Positions 7,512 to 16,259 are shown, numbered from the stretch's first letter. The stretch: 36,739 bases of DNA from Oscillospiraceae bacterium (GCA_020025395.1 JAHHSE010000001.1:1-36739); one strand, 5' to 3'. Translations and numbers: made by a program. Notes: a model not told the origin generated them from the sequence alone.

Positions 7512-8552
7512 TTACACAGTAATGTGAGCGGTCAGCCAGATCTGGTTGAGACCATGGGTCACGGTAAAGGAAAAATCCACCAGACAAACGGTGGGGTTAT
7601 CCGCCTTGGGCAGAACGGTCACATTTTCGTACCCGGTGATAATCTCTTTTGCCAGCTTGTTCTCCAGTTCCAAAATGACCTGGGAGCGGATGGCCCCCCG
7701 GCTCTGCTCCGTATTTTTCGCCCTGGGGAATTTGGCCCGCAGGCTGTTGCGGATGGTGGGAATCACATCGTCCGCAATGAGGATGGTGGTCAGCTCCCGC
7801 CAGGTAGAATCGGGGCTGGACCCGTTTTTGGTTCTGGTGGTGACCCCTCGCACCACGGAAACCGTCCCCCCCACGGACTCCACAGGGGTGACCCCTCCCC
7901 GGACCAGAAGATCGATCTCACTGTCCTGATACCGGGTGGTCAGGCTGGTGATGCCTTTGAGCTCGGCTCCCCCCAGTGGGACAGCCGGGTCCCGCTCTCC
8001 TGCGATGGCTCCGGCCACAGCGGCTGCCACCGCGGTGGTATCCTGAGTGGATTCAGGGGGAGCCACCAAAATCATCCGGGCCTCATTCAGGGCCTGGGCA
8101 CGCTCCACCAGCTGGGCCACCGTCTCGTCCGCCGGGCCGCCCACAAGGGCAATTCTCTCCCGACGGGCCGCTGAGGCGGCCTTCACGCTGTCTCGCAGGG
8201 CCTGCTGAACGGTGAGGTTGGTGCTGTCACAGACCACGATGCTGATATCCTCCCGCTGGGCGACGGCATCAAAGGCCGCCTGATAGTTTTCCTCTGCCGC
8301 CACAGGGACGGCCACCACAGCCGCCGCCCCATTGAGGAAGAGGAGCCGGATCATCCGGGTCAGCTTTTCCTCTGCTCCCAGGGCCTCTGCGGCCTGTTCA
8401 AACCGGGTAAAGTTGTAAATCTTCCCACTCTGCCCGCTTTTATGGATGGTGATGACCGCCACTGTCTTTGCTCCGGCGGCGGCACTCACCACCGAAGACG
8501 CGGTATAGGAGGAATAGACTCCCGGCCGCTCATGATTTGTCCCTTTGCTCAT
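7512..8552 (-). CDS. contractile tail sheath protein (short, 346 aa)
   Basis: The N-terminal ...ERPGVYSSY... is typical of sheath proteins, and a conserved-looking C-terminal region is present (GVTPVE...VVRGVTT). It is followed by the tube gene. Confidence 0.8.
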   Translation of the reverse strand: MSKGTNHERPGVYSSYTASSVVSAAAGAKTVAVITIHKSGQSGKIYNFTRFEQAAEALGAEEKLTRMIRLLFLNGAAAVVAVPVAAEENYQAAFDAVAQREDISIVVCDSTNLTVQQALRDSVKAASAARRERIALVGGPADETVAQLVERAQALNEARMILVAPPESTQDTTAVAAAVAGAIAGERDPAVPLGGAELKGITSLTTRYQDSEIDLLVRGGVTPVESVGGTVSVVRGVTTRTKNGSSPDSTWRELTTILIADDVIPTIRNSLRAKFPRAKNTEQSRGAIRSQVILELENKLAKEIITGYENVTVLPKADNPTVCLVDFSFTVTHGLNQIWLTAHITV

Positions 8553-9049
8553 TTCTTTCGTTCCCCTCTCACTTCAAAGTCCACAAATGTTCCCCCCTCA
8601 TCTGCCACCGCATAGAGATAGGTATCACATACCGCCTGTGCGGGGCAGTGAAACAGGCCGGTCTCCCGCTCATACCGGGTCTCTCCTCTGGAAAGCTCGG
8701 CCAGGGTCAAGCCTGTGGGGGCCGTCTGCTGCAAGGCGGTGGAGATTTGGTCAAAGACGATCTGACAATCTGCGGCTCCATCCCGTCCGGGGGCATAGAT
8801 CTCCAGACCGAAAACCACCTGGGCTTTCTTTCCGTAAAGCTCCTCCCAGCGGTCCTTTTCCCGGTTGTACCGCTCTCCCAGATAGTCCCGAAATCCGCCG
8901 GGCTCCTCCCTGCAGCTCCGCAGGGTCACCGCCACCACCGGCCCCTGCCGTCTGACCCTGTCTCCCCTGTCCCAGGCGGTGACCGCCTGAATCCCCTCCT
9001 GGGTAAGACATCCGGTCATGCAGGTGCGGATCACATCCAGTCCTGTCAT
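8549..9049 (-). CDS. head-tail joining / tail-completion protein (XkdJ-position)
   Basis: 166 aa from the ATG at 9049, which overlaps the upstream stop (ATGA); its own stop overlaps the sheath start. The function is inferred from position only. Confidence 0.5.
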   Translation of the reverse strand: MTGLDVIRTCMTGCLTQEGIQAVTAWDRGDRVRRQGPVVAVTLRSCREEPGGFRDYLGERYNREKDRWEELYGKKAQVVFGLEIYAPGRDGAADCQIVFDQISTALQQTAPTGLTLAELSRGETRYERETGLFHCPAQAVCDTYLYAVADEGGTFVDFEVRGERKK

Positions 9050-9375
9050 GCCTCCTCCTCTCTGGGCAGAAGAATGGCCCACCAGTGACAGGTCTCTTTT
9101 CCCAGATCCACCCGTCTGGCGGAGTAGACCTCAAAGGTGGATTCACCCGCCTTTAAAAATCCTTTTTCCCCGATGTCGAGGGATACCTCCGGCTCCCCAA
9201 GATAGAGCCAGCGCTCCTTCCGTTCCCATCCCAGATGGCCCGCCACCACCTGGCGCTCTCTGTCCCGAATTGGCTGGAGGAGGGCGGTGGCCAAAAGCCC
9301 CGGCTCCTCCCCGTTGGGGAAGACCTCCACCGTCTGTCCGTACCGGGCCAGCACCCGCTGAAATCCGGTTGCCAT
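9046..9375 (-). CDS. head-closure / head-tail adaptor protein (XkdI-position)
   Basis: 109-aa ORF with a TGATG overlap with the upstream gene. The function is inferred from position only. Confidence 0.5.
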   Translation of the reverse strand: MATGFQRVLARYGQTVEVFPNGEEPGLLATALLQPIRDRERQVVAGHLGWERKERWLYLGEPEVSLDIGEKGFLKAGESTFEVYSARRVDLGKETCHWWAILLPREEEA

Positions 9376-9725
9376 CAGCTCCTCACCTCCTGAAAGAAAA
9401 AGGTGTTCCTCTTCAAATAGGGGGCCAGCTGCTCCAGCGCCTGACGGCGGAGCAGGGAGGGGTCTCCCTTTCCCCGCTCCACCGTCACATCTCCCGCCGT
9501 AAATCGCTCCGGCTCACTGGCCTGACGGAGGATCAGCCAGTCACACAGACCTATTTTGGCCGCCGCCAGGGAAAAGATGGGTGCGCAGTCCTCTGGCAGG
9601 ATCTCCGGCTTTCGCTTTCGATCCAGCTCCTCCCTGGCGAGCCGGCAGCAGAGGAGAAGCCCCTGCTCCTCCCCCTCTTTGATTCCGCCCAGCTCCATGG
9701 CCAGGGCCAGAATCTCTTCCTCCAT
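9375..9725 (-). CDS. gp6-like head-tail connector (XkdH-position)
   Basis: 116 aa from the ATG at 9725, preceded by GGAAGGAGG with a 7-nt spacer. The track ORF start at 9761 is a TTG without an RBS. It is a helical acidic protein directly after the capsid gene. Confidence 0.55.
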   Translation of the reverse strand: MEEEILALAMELGGIKEGEEQGLLLCCRLAREELDRKRKPEILPEDCAPIFSLAAAKIGLCDWLILRQASEPERFTAGDVTVERGKGDPSLLRRQALEQLAPYLKRNTFFFQEVRS

Positions 9726-9757
9726 GGCGCCGCCTCCTTCCGGTGTCTCAATGAAAC

Positions 9758-10774
9758 TCAAACGGCCAGCACCTTGGAGGCATCGGGATAGATCTTGGCA
9801 AAACCGGCGATGGAGGTGATGGCGGCCCGTTCCAGCTGTCTATCAATGAGCTTGTCATACTCCACCGACACGCCGCCTCCGGTGACCATCTCCATGGCAT
9901 AGCGGCTGTCCAGTCCGATGAGCTTCCCGGCGGGCACGGCGGCGGTGCGGAGGAGCTTGGCTCCCAGGGGTGTGGAAAGCTGACCCGTTCCCTGGAAGTT
10001 AAGGCCTGTCATGGGGTTCTGGAATTCAGGCAGTTTGAGGAGCTTTACCATCACATCGTTGGGGACCAGGATGGTGTTCAGGGTGTAGGGGTCGAACTTG
10101 GCCCAAAAGGCCACCAGATCATCATAGGTCAATGTACCGGAGGCTTTCACATTGGTTACTTCGGCAGGATTTTTGTTCCCATCTCCTTCCATCAGGACCT
10201 TGACTCCGTCCTCCAGCTGAGTCCTTGCGATGTGGGCGCCGATTTGCCGGAGGGTCACGGAGAACAGGTCCAGCTTCTGATAGCGGATCGCCTCATAGGA
10301 GGCTACCAGCATACGGCCCCGCTTGTGGAGACGGACCAGATTTTCCTGTGTCTTCACTGTGGTGGCGGGGATGGCGGCGCCCTCCTCCACCCGGCGGAGC
10401 TTTTTGCTCTCTCCGTCCGGAACGGAGGTGATGGAGCGATAATCCATCCCCTGAATTTCTGTGGTGGAGGCCAGCAGATTGGGAAGGAGGTCAGCCTCCT
10501 CCATCCCCTGCCTCACGCTGCGGGCAATGTACTCCGGGAAGAGGACGGCGGACTGACTGGTGGAGAAGAACTTGTCCACCACATCGCTCCCCATTCCTCT
10601 CACTTTGATGTCAAAGCGCTTCAGCTGACGCTGAAAGGGGTCCAGTCCCTCCAATGCCGTCCCCTGATAGGCCTCATCGGGGTCCAGCCGGGCCAGGGTC
10701 TCGGTAAAGGACCGCCCGCTCTCCTGGTACATTCCTTTTTCGAGCTTCAAGTGTTCAAACGGATAAGCCATCAT
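9758..10774 (-). CDS. major capsid protein (HK97-fold type, XkdG-position)
   Basis: 338-aa ORF with AAAGGAGAGGG RBS. The call rests on its position after the protease and decoration genes, plus sequence features such as ...LFPEYIARSV... and a C-terminal GFAKIYPD. Confidence 0.75.
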   Translation of the reverse strand: MMAYPFEHLKLEKGMYQESGRSFTETLARLDPDEAYQGTALEGLDPFQRQLKRFDIKVRGMGSDVVDKFFSTSQSAVLFPEYIARSVRQGMEEADLLPNLLASTTEIQGMDYRSITSVPDGESKKLRRVEEGAAIPATTVKTQENLVRLHKRGRMLVASYEAIRYQKLDLFSVTLRQIGAHIARTQLEDGVKVLMEGDGNKNPAEVTNVKASGTLTYDDLVAFWAKFDPYTLNTILVPNDVMVKLLKLPEFQNPMTGLNFQGTGQLSTPLGAKLLRTAAVPAGKLIGLDSRYAMEMVTGGGVSVEYDKLIDRQLERAAITSIAGFAKIYPDASKVLAV

Positions 10775-10789
10775 TCACCCTCTCCTTTC

Positions 10790-11131
10790 TTACAGGAAGA
10801 GAACGGCACGCTTGCCGTCCGCCTCCATGACCAATGCCTCACCGCCGGCGGCGGAAGCCTTTTTCACGCCTCCCTTGCCGTCTCCCGCCAGCGAAACCCA
10901 GCCGGGCTTTACGGCGGCGTCGGTGCAGACCACCGTGGCAAATCCCCGGACCTGAACGGCGGCAAAGCCGTCTCCCGCCACGCTGACCGCCTGTCCGCAG
11001 AAGCGCTCCCCATCCCCGCAGGGGGCCGTCTTGCCGTCCTCCCCCATTTTGACCATACCGCCCTCTGTCACCGTTTCGGCGGCGGGACAGGTCACCAGCA
11101 CCTGCCCGATCTCTTCATAAGATACCTTCAT
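10790..11131 (-). CDS. small Gly/Ala-rich head protein (DUF2190-like decoration/cement candidate)
   Basis: 113-aa ORF with AAGGAGGAAG RBS, located between the protease/scaffold and capsid genes. Confidence 0.5.
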   Translation of the reverse strand: MKVSYEEIGQVLVTCPAAETVTEGGMVKMGEDGKTAPCGDGERFCGQAVSVAGDGFAAVQVRGFATVVCTDAAVKPGWVSLAGDGKGGVKKASAAGGEALVMEADGKRAVLFL

Positions 11132-11147
11132 ACGCTCTTCCTCCTTT

Positions 11148-12041
11148 TTAAATCATGAATGCGCCGTCCAGCGGCCCGCTCTGACTGTGTTTCCCCCGCT
11201 GGGGAAGCTGACCTGCCACGGGGAACCGCTCTTCCGTCTTTTTGGCGTAGCAGGCGCTCAGGGCCAAAAGCTCCGGCTCATCCAGCTTATCCATGATGGA
11301 TTTCAGCGTCTCCACCGCCAGCTCCGGCTCTGCCGCGGCCCCCAGGCGCACCGCCTCCTTCCGCAGACCGGACAGATAGCGGCGTCCCAGCTCGGCCTGT
11401 TTTTCCAGCTCTTCCATGCTCTCACCTCCTCTGGTCCGATGTTTCATCACCCCCGCTCTGGTCTGGGCCGGGACCGCCACAAAGGAAAACTCATAGGCAT
11501 CTGTGGCCTCTGCCAGTTCATGCACACAAAGTCTCCCCTCATACTCCCGGCCCGGCCTGTGGGGACAGCTTTCTGTTTGGAGCTCCTTCCCGCAGATAGA
11601 GCACACCTTTTTCTGAACGGCGCAGCCCACGGATACCTCCCGCTTGATTCCCCCTTCGATTTCCCGGATCAGGTCCCGATTTTTCTCGTTTCGGAGCATA
11701 TAGGCATATCCCTTGAGGAAACAGTAACCCTCTCCCCCTCTGGTCAGATTTCCATCCTCCCGCACCACTTCGGTGCGATAGATACGGGCGGTCTGGCCCT
11801 GGGCGGACCACTGGTGGTCAAAGATCCCGCTCTTTCCAACAAAGAGGGGGGCAAGCTCCTCCAGGGTCTTGGCCCGAAACCGCTCATAATCCCGATCCAC
11901 CTCGTTGTCGCAAAGCCTGACGGAAAAGGCGTATACCTCCTCTGTGGTCAGGCTGCCCTTTGCGAATCGGTTGATCTGCTCCAGCTCCTCCTCTGTGGGG
12001 ATGCCTCCCCCTCGAATACCGGCCTCTTTGATGACTTCCAT
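11148..12041 (-). CDS. prohead protease with C-terminal scaffold-like helical region (XkdF-like)
   Basis: 297 aa. The N-terminal ~190 aa include GIFDHQW and a CSICGKELQTESCPH cysteine/histidine cluster. The C-terminal ~100 aa are helical and charged. It lies immediately after the portal gene with AAGGAGGAG RBS. Confidence 0.65.
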   Translation of the reverse strand: MEVIKEAGIRGGGIPTEEELEQINRFAKGSLTTEEVYAFSVRLCDNEVDRDYERFRAKTLEELAPLFVGKSGIFDHQWSAQGQTARIYRTEVVREDGNLTRGGEGYCFLKGYAYMLRNEKNRDLIREIEGGIKREVSVGCAVQKKVCSICGKELQTESCPHRPGREYEGRLCVHELAEATDAYEFSFVAVPAQTRAGVMKHRTRGGESMEELEKQAELGRRYLSGLRKEAVRLGAAAEPELAVETLKSIMDKLDEPELLALSACYAKKTEERFPVAGQLPQRGKHSQSGPLDGAFMI

Positions 12042-12042
12042 C

Positions 12043-13176
12043 CTACTCCTCCTTTTCCATCTCTCTGATCTGTGCCCGACACAATTCCGCTCTGGCCTCT
12101 TCCATAAGGTCCTGAAGATTCACATCCTCCCAGTCCACCAACACCTGATCGTCCTCTCCCTGACTTCTCAGCCAGAGGCGGCATATTTTGGCCACCACCG
12201 GGGTCAGGCTCCGGCGGATGGCGGTGATCTCGCTGGTAAGGAGATCGGCCTGCTGACTGCTCATCCGTTCGGTGGAGGTCCAGGAGAGGCCCAGCAGAAA
12301 GGGGGGAAGACCGGTTTTTGCCACCAGCTGCTCCATGATCTGACGGATGGGTCCCTGGCTGTCCGGGATCTGTCCCTCCCCTCCAATCACCTTGATCTCC
12401 ATCTCTCCGGCTGCCACGAAATCGCTGACGCTTCCATCCTGGGTGTGCTTCATGGCTCTGGCCCACTCCTGGGCCACCTGCTGACAGCGCTCCTGGACGC
12501 TGTCCTCCTCTCCCTCCGGCTTGCACAGGATGGCAAACCTGGGATTTCCCACCCGCTCCCAGTTCACCCCAATGGCCTGATAGATGTTCAGCAGGATCCC
12601 TGCCAGGAAGGGCATACTCCGCATGAGGGAAACTCCATAGGGGTGTTCTGCCTCGGGCTGATAGGGGGTAAAGAGGAGAAGCTGCTGATAGGGCAGCGCT
12701 TCCACCTTTCCATTCTCTCTTCGGACGCAGATGGTGATCTCCAGGGGACTGGCCCCTTCTTTGATTTCAATATCCTCCACATTGCCGCAGAGGAGGGCGG
12801 CAATTCCCCGGCCATTTCTGCTGGGGACAATCTCTCCCACCGCCCGTCCGCAGGTGAGCATAGAGTCCAGATAACAGTCCAGGAAGGACTGGATTCCCTC
12901 CTGTCCCCGTCCTGTGGGAACCGTCTCCAAAAACCGGTCCAGCCCCTTCTGGGCAGAGGGTGCGCAGGTCACCTTCACCCCTCCGCACAGCCGGACCAGC
13001 TTAACCAGAGCGGCATCCACAATGGGGACCCCCTCCCGAATGGCCCGATAGAGGGCCAGCTCTCCCCGCGCCAGGGGGACATAGTTCTCCATGGCCCGAA
13101 ACGGATGTCCTTCTCCTTTTCTTGTCTGTACCAACCCTGGGACCGGGGCAGGTTTTTTTTTGTCAAAAAGTCCCAT
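12043..13176 (-). CDS. portal protein (XkdE-position)
   Basis: 377-aa ORF between the terminase large subunit and the protease, with AGGGAGGGAG RBS. Confidence 0.7.
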   Translation of the reverse strand: MGLFDKKKPAPVPGLVQTRKGEGHPFRAMENYVPLARGELALYRAIREGVPIVDAALVKLVRLCGGVKVTCAPSAQKGLDRFLETVPTGRGQEGIQSFLDCYLDSMLTCGRAVGEIVPSRNGRGIAALLCGNVEDIEIKEGASPLEITICVRRENGKVEALPYQQLLLFTPYQPEAEHPYGVSLMRSMPFLAGILLNIYQAIGVNWERVGNPRFAILCKPEGEEDSVQERCQQVAQEWARAMKHTQDGSVSDFVAAGEMEIKVIGGEGQIPDSQGPIRQIMEQLVAKTGLPPFLLGLSWTSTERMSSQQADLLTSEITAIRRSLTPVVAKICRLWLRSQGEDDQVLVDWEDVNLQDLMEEARAELCRAQIREMEKEE

Positions 13177-13194
13177 GTTCTCCCTCCCTTTTTC

Positions 13195-14424
13195 TCATCG
13201 TCTCACACAGCCTGCGAAAAGGCCGGCAGATCGTCCTTCTCTTCCCGCCACGGTGGCGGCAAAGTAGCGGATCTCGTCCATGGCGTGGTCATGTTCTTTT
13301 ACCACTCTGTCCTGGGTGCCTCCCTCCTCCCAGCGGTAGAGTCCGAACTCTCTGGCCGCCGCTTCGCACCCGGCGCAGATGACCAGCTTTCCCCTCCGCA
13401 GAAGCTCTGCGGTGAGGCGGATTCCGCTTAGTACATCGTTTCTGGCTTTCCTCACCCTCCATCCCCGGCGGCGAAGAAGCTCCAGGAAACTGGCCGCCGA
13501 GGGGTCCACGATGACAGCCTGAATGGGTCTTCCCCCTGCCAGGACTGCCAGGGCATCGGCATACTCTCCGTCGGTTTTCTGCTCTCCCTGGGCCCTGGAG
13601 TCGTAATAGTATTCCCGCACCCGGTACCAGACCCCATTCTTCTTCCCCCACAGGCCCATGGAGGTGGGGTTGACCGTTCCGTAGTCGCAGGAGATGTACC
13701 ACTGCTCCATCTCTCCTTCCGGGGGCTGGGGCCGGGGAAGCTGGGCAAAGAAGTCATAAACCAGCCCTTGGGCAGCCACCCATTCCCCCAGTACAAACCG
13801 CTGATAGAACGCCCCCTGAAAAGTCTCCCGATACCGTTTTTTCACCCGGTCAGAGAGAGAGGGGTTATCTTCCATGGTGAAGTGAATGTGGAGGACATTT
13901 TTCTCCTCCGCCTTTTGGATCCACTCTTTGTAGAACCAATGCTCCGGGGTATCCGGATTGCAGGAGAACCAGAGTCTGGCCCCCTCCACGGAGCAGCGGG
14001 CGCAGGTCTGCTCCACAAAGGAGCGGGGCATAAGGGCCGCCTCATCCATCAGGGCGCCTGCCAGGGTCATCCCCTGGATGAGGGAGGCGCTGGATTCATC
14101 CCGTCCGCCGAACAGGTAAAAGGTATTGATTCGGTTTGGAAGGCCCACCTGCAATACTCCCTGGCTCACCTTTTCGGTCCAGAGGAAGCCCATCTCCCGC
14201 AGGAGGGCACCCACCTGGCCCAGCAGATTTCTCCGCACCCCTCCCACTGTTTTGCCGCAAATCGCGAAGTCCCTGCCCTGAAATCCGGCGGTGGCCCAGA
14301 GGAAGAAGCCCACCCCCATGGCCAGCGTTTTTCCGGAGCGCACGGCCCCGTCACAGATGAGAGCCTGCCTGTCGCTTTTCCGCCACCAGGTCATGGCCTC
14401 TTTCTGTTTTTGGGAAAACTTCAT
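13195..14424 (-). CDS. terminase large subunit (PBSX XtmB-like)
   Basis: Walker A is CDGAVRSGKT and Walker B-like is GALMDEAA. C-terminal nuclease-type acidic motifs are present (SCDYGTVNP, AVIVDPSAA, ARNDV). Confidence 0.9.
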   Translation of the reverse strand: MKFSQKQKEAMTWWRKSDRQALICDGAVRSGKTLAMGVGFFLWATAGFQGRDFAICGKTVGGVRRNLLGQVGALLREMGFLWTEKVSQGVLQVGLPNRINTFYLFGGRDESSASLIQGMTLAGALMDEAALMPRSFVEQTCARCSVEGARLWFSCNPDTPEHWFYKEWIQKAEEKNVLHIHFTMEDNPSLSDRVKKRYRETFQGAFYQRFVLGEWVAAQGLVYDFFAQLPRPQPPEGEMEQWYISCDYGTVNPTSMGLWGKKNGVWYRVREYYYDSRAQGEQKTDGEYADALAVLAGGRPIQAVIVDPSAASFLELLRRRGWRVRKARNDVLSGIRLTAELLRRGKLVICAGCEAAAREFGLYRWEEGGTQDRVVKEHDHAMDEIRYFAATVAGREGRSAGLFAGCVRR

Positions 14425-14427
14425 GAC

Positions 14428-14709
14428 TCACTCCTCCAGGGACCGGAAAAACTGTTCTGCCCGATCCCCCATTCTCTGATCGGTGAGGACGGCCAGATCT
14501 CTCCAAATGGCGGCCCGATCCACCAGTCTGATTTCAACCACACCCTTTTCACTTCTGCGGAATTCGGTAAGAGCCATCAGATTCAGTCCATCCACCCGCT
14601 CTTTCTCTTCCAAAAAGGCCAGTTTCACCGCATCGTTTACGGGGGCCTGAGCCAGCTCACCCAGTTTTCGGATGGCCATCTCTCTGGATATCTTTTGATT
14701 GCCCGCCAT
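14428..14709 (-). CDS. terminase small subunit-like protein, short (94 aa), matching only the C-terminal part of the Terminase_2 type
   Basis: The ATG at 14707-14709 is preceded by GGGAG. The translation ...APVNDAVKLAFLEEKERVDGLNLMALTEFRRSEKGVVEIRLVDRAAIWRDLAVL resembles the oligomerisation and TerL-binding half of small terminases. No N-terminal HTH is encoded; the upstream DNA is non-coding with terminators. Confidence 0.6.
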   Translation of the reverse strand: MAGNQKISREMAIRKLGELAQAPVNDAVKLAFLEEKERVDGLNLMALTEFRRSEKGVVEIRLVDRAAIWRDLAVLTDQRMGDRAEQFFRSLEE

Positions 14710-14842
14710 ATTCACACTCCCTTCACCCATCCCTGAAAAACCCCATTTTGTTGCACTTTTGCATACACCAAAGAAAAAATTTTTAAAAAACGGCCTTTTC
14801 CCCGGTTTCGAACTCGGAACCGATCCGGCAAAAACGGACCAT

Positions 14843-14890
14843 GATAAAACACCCCCTGCCGCAGGAGAATGAAACCTGCAGCAGGGGGTG
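14843..14890 (-). terminator. intrinsic terminator about 135 nt upstream of the packaging operon
   Basis: On the minus strand, CACCCCCTGCTGCAGG-tttcattct-CCTGCGGCAGGGGGTG is followed by TTTTATC. The stem is 16 bp with one G-U pair. Confidence 0.75.
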
Positions 14891-14980
14891 TGATATTCGG
14901 GGGAACCCATACCGAGATCAAAGAAATGGAGCCGGAGACATGACCGCTCGCTGCATTCATTTCTGCCATAAGGGATGTGT

Positions 14981-15024
14981 CCAAAGATAAAAGAGGAGTG
15001 GCGCCGCGTCAGCGGCGCCACTCC
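14981..15024 (-). terminator. intrinsic terminator downstream of the IS remnant
   Basis: On the minus strand, GGAGTGGCGCCGC-tgac-GCGGCGCCACTCC is followed by TCTTTTATCTTT. Confidence 0.75.
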
Positions 15025-15051
15025 CAGCCTGTCGAAAAACCCCTGTTTTCA

Positions 15052-15529
15052 TTAAATAGTATCTACACAAGTTTGCGCCAAAACAACGCACCAAATAGCA
15101 AAGCAGCGGATATGCACTGCGGCGAGAAAAGATGCTGTATTTTCAGCATATTGTGCAGCAATCCCCCGCCATCGTTTCAGGTGTAAAAAAGCGTTTTCCG
15201 CCAAATGGCGGAGCCGATACAAATAACGGTCGTACTCCCGTTGCTGTTTGCGATTTCATTTTGCTGGAAGGACGACATTCATTCCAGCACCGGCAGCATA
15301 AGCAACAATTCGGCTGGTGACACACCCTCGATGGGCCAGCAGTGTTTCCGCAGCACGGGGACAGATCCCGCCATGATGCTCCGGTGCGCAGGATCCAAAA
15401 CACGCCGTTGAGAAATCGCCGGTTATCCTGCGCTATTCCACCCCATTGCCCTCGTTGTCCCGGCAGATGCGGGTCCAGCAGGGTCCACACCGCATCACTG
15501 ATATCGCAGCGTTGCTGCTCATTCCTCAT
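15052..15529 (-). pseudogene. IS5-family transposase remnant (DUF4096 N-terminus plus extreme C-terminus; DDE core missing)
   Basis: The N-terminal ISDAVWTLLDPHLPGQRG...NRRFLNGVFWILRTGASWRDL is followed, in a different frame, by YRLRHLAENAFLHLKRWRGIAAQYAENTASFLAAVHIRCFAIW, ending at TAA 15052-15054. Only about 160 codons span the two parts, so most of the catalytic domain is deleted. Confidence 0.75.
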
Positions 15530-15768
15530 AGGAACACCTCTTCCTGGGCTGTTCTCCCTATTATATCTCGTTTCCCGTGTAAACATGATTTAGAATGGAC
15601 CTAAATTTTTGGTGATTTAGAGTTGAGTGGATTGACCTTGGTAGAAATATCAGACGCTGTTTCCGCATCTGTCCGCTGCGGCATGATGGGTCAAGGTCAT
15701 CCATGATAAAACGCACCAGAATAATCCTTTCTGCCCTCGTATCCTCCGGGGCGGGATTAGCTGGCCAT

Positions 15769-16106
15769 TTAAAAGGGCCGTTCCGGTTCAGCTGCCTCTC
15801 CTACTGCGGAAGAGTCATAAGGCTGCACTTCTGCTTGAGTCTTGTCCTTATAGAAATCATCGAAGTACACGCGCTCTGCCAGAATCTCAGTTGACCGGCG
15901 AGAGTTCCCCCGTAGTTAGACACAAACTCACTGTTATGCTGCCATGCAGCCACATTGACAAAGTCTGTCGCGGCTTCCCCGGTGCTCTTGTCCTTGCAGT
16001 CTCGGCTGACAGCCAGAGAAAAGGATGCAGCAGGGATGCCGCTCTGTGCATGGCGCAGCTCAGGATCGCGGGTCAGACGACCCATCAGGGTAATGTGATT
16101 CATCAT
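15769..16106 (-). pseudogene. ssb: single-stranded DNA-binding protein pseudogene
   Basis: GGAGGAA RBS precedes MMNHITLMGRLTRDPELRHAQSGIPAASFSLAVSRDCKDKSTGEAATDFVNVAAWQHNSEFVSNY. The frame is then lost. The expected ...STEILAERVYF...PERPF C-terminus is in another frame, and about 25-30 residues of the OB fold (the GRLQxRxY part) are absent. Confidence 0.7.
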
Positions 16107-16259
16107 AAGTAGTTCCTCCATTTTCGATTTAAAAACATATTTGATTTTGGCACATAGCGGTCCATTGATATTCTGATTCTCACTCCGATGGGGTACTGCC
16201 CCATCATTGCGCTCCACGATCAGGCAGTGCCGATTTCTCCAGATATGAGAAAGGCAGGA

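Larger units (their letters stand above)
1696..14709 (-). mobile_element. PBSX-like contractile-tail phage structural cluster (packaging, head and tail only; no lysogeny, replication, fibre or lysis genes)
   Basis: About 20 co-oriented ORFs carry GGAGG-type RBSs, and many stop/start overlaps occur (ATGA at 5050-5053, 5631-5634, 6479-6482, 8549-8552, 9046-9049; GTGA at 2289-2292). The gene order mirrors xtmA-xtmB-xkdE-F-G-H/I/J-K-M-N-O-P-Q-R-S-T-U. Confidence 0.85.

Noticed and set aside
7050-14736. Plus-strand ORFs inside the phage cluster (7050..8174, 10232..11158, 11187..12068, 11905..13431, 13768..14736)
   Set aside because: They lie opposite a tightly coupled minus-strand operon whose products are recognisable. 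They have no RBSs and repetitive G/P/L/H-rich translations.
14795-14830. GAGTTCGAAACCGG segment resembling a tRNA T-loop (possible att-site or tRNA fragment)
   Set aside because: The flanks do not form a 5-bp T stem with a 7-nt loop, and I found no match to the tRNA-Thr sequence at 1-52. It is probably a chance resemblance.
14712-14984. 90-aa minus-strand ORF upstream of the TerS-like gene (possible HNH or the missing TerS N-terminus)
   Set aside because: It runs straight through a 16-bp terminator hairpin, has no RBS, and shows no HTH- or HNH-like motifs.
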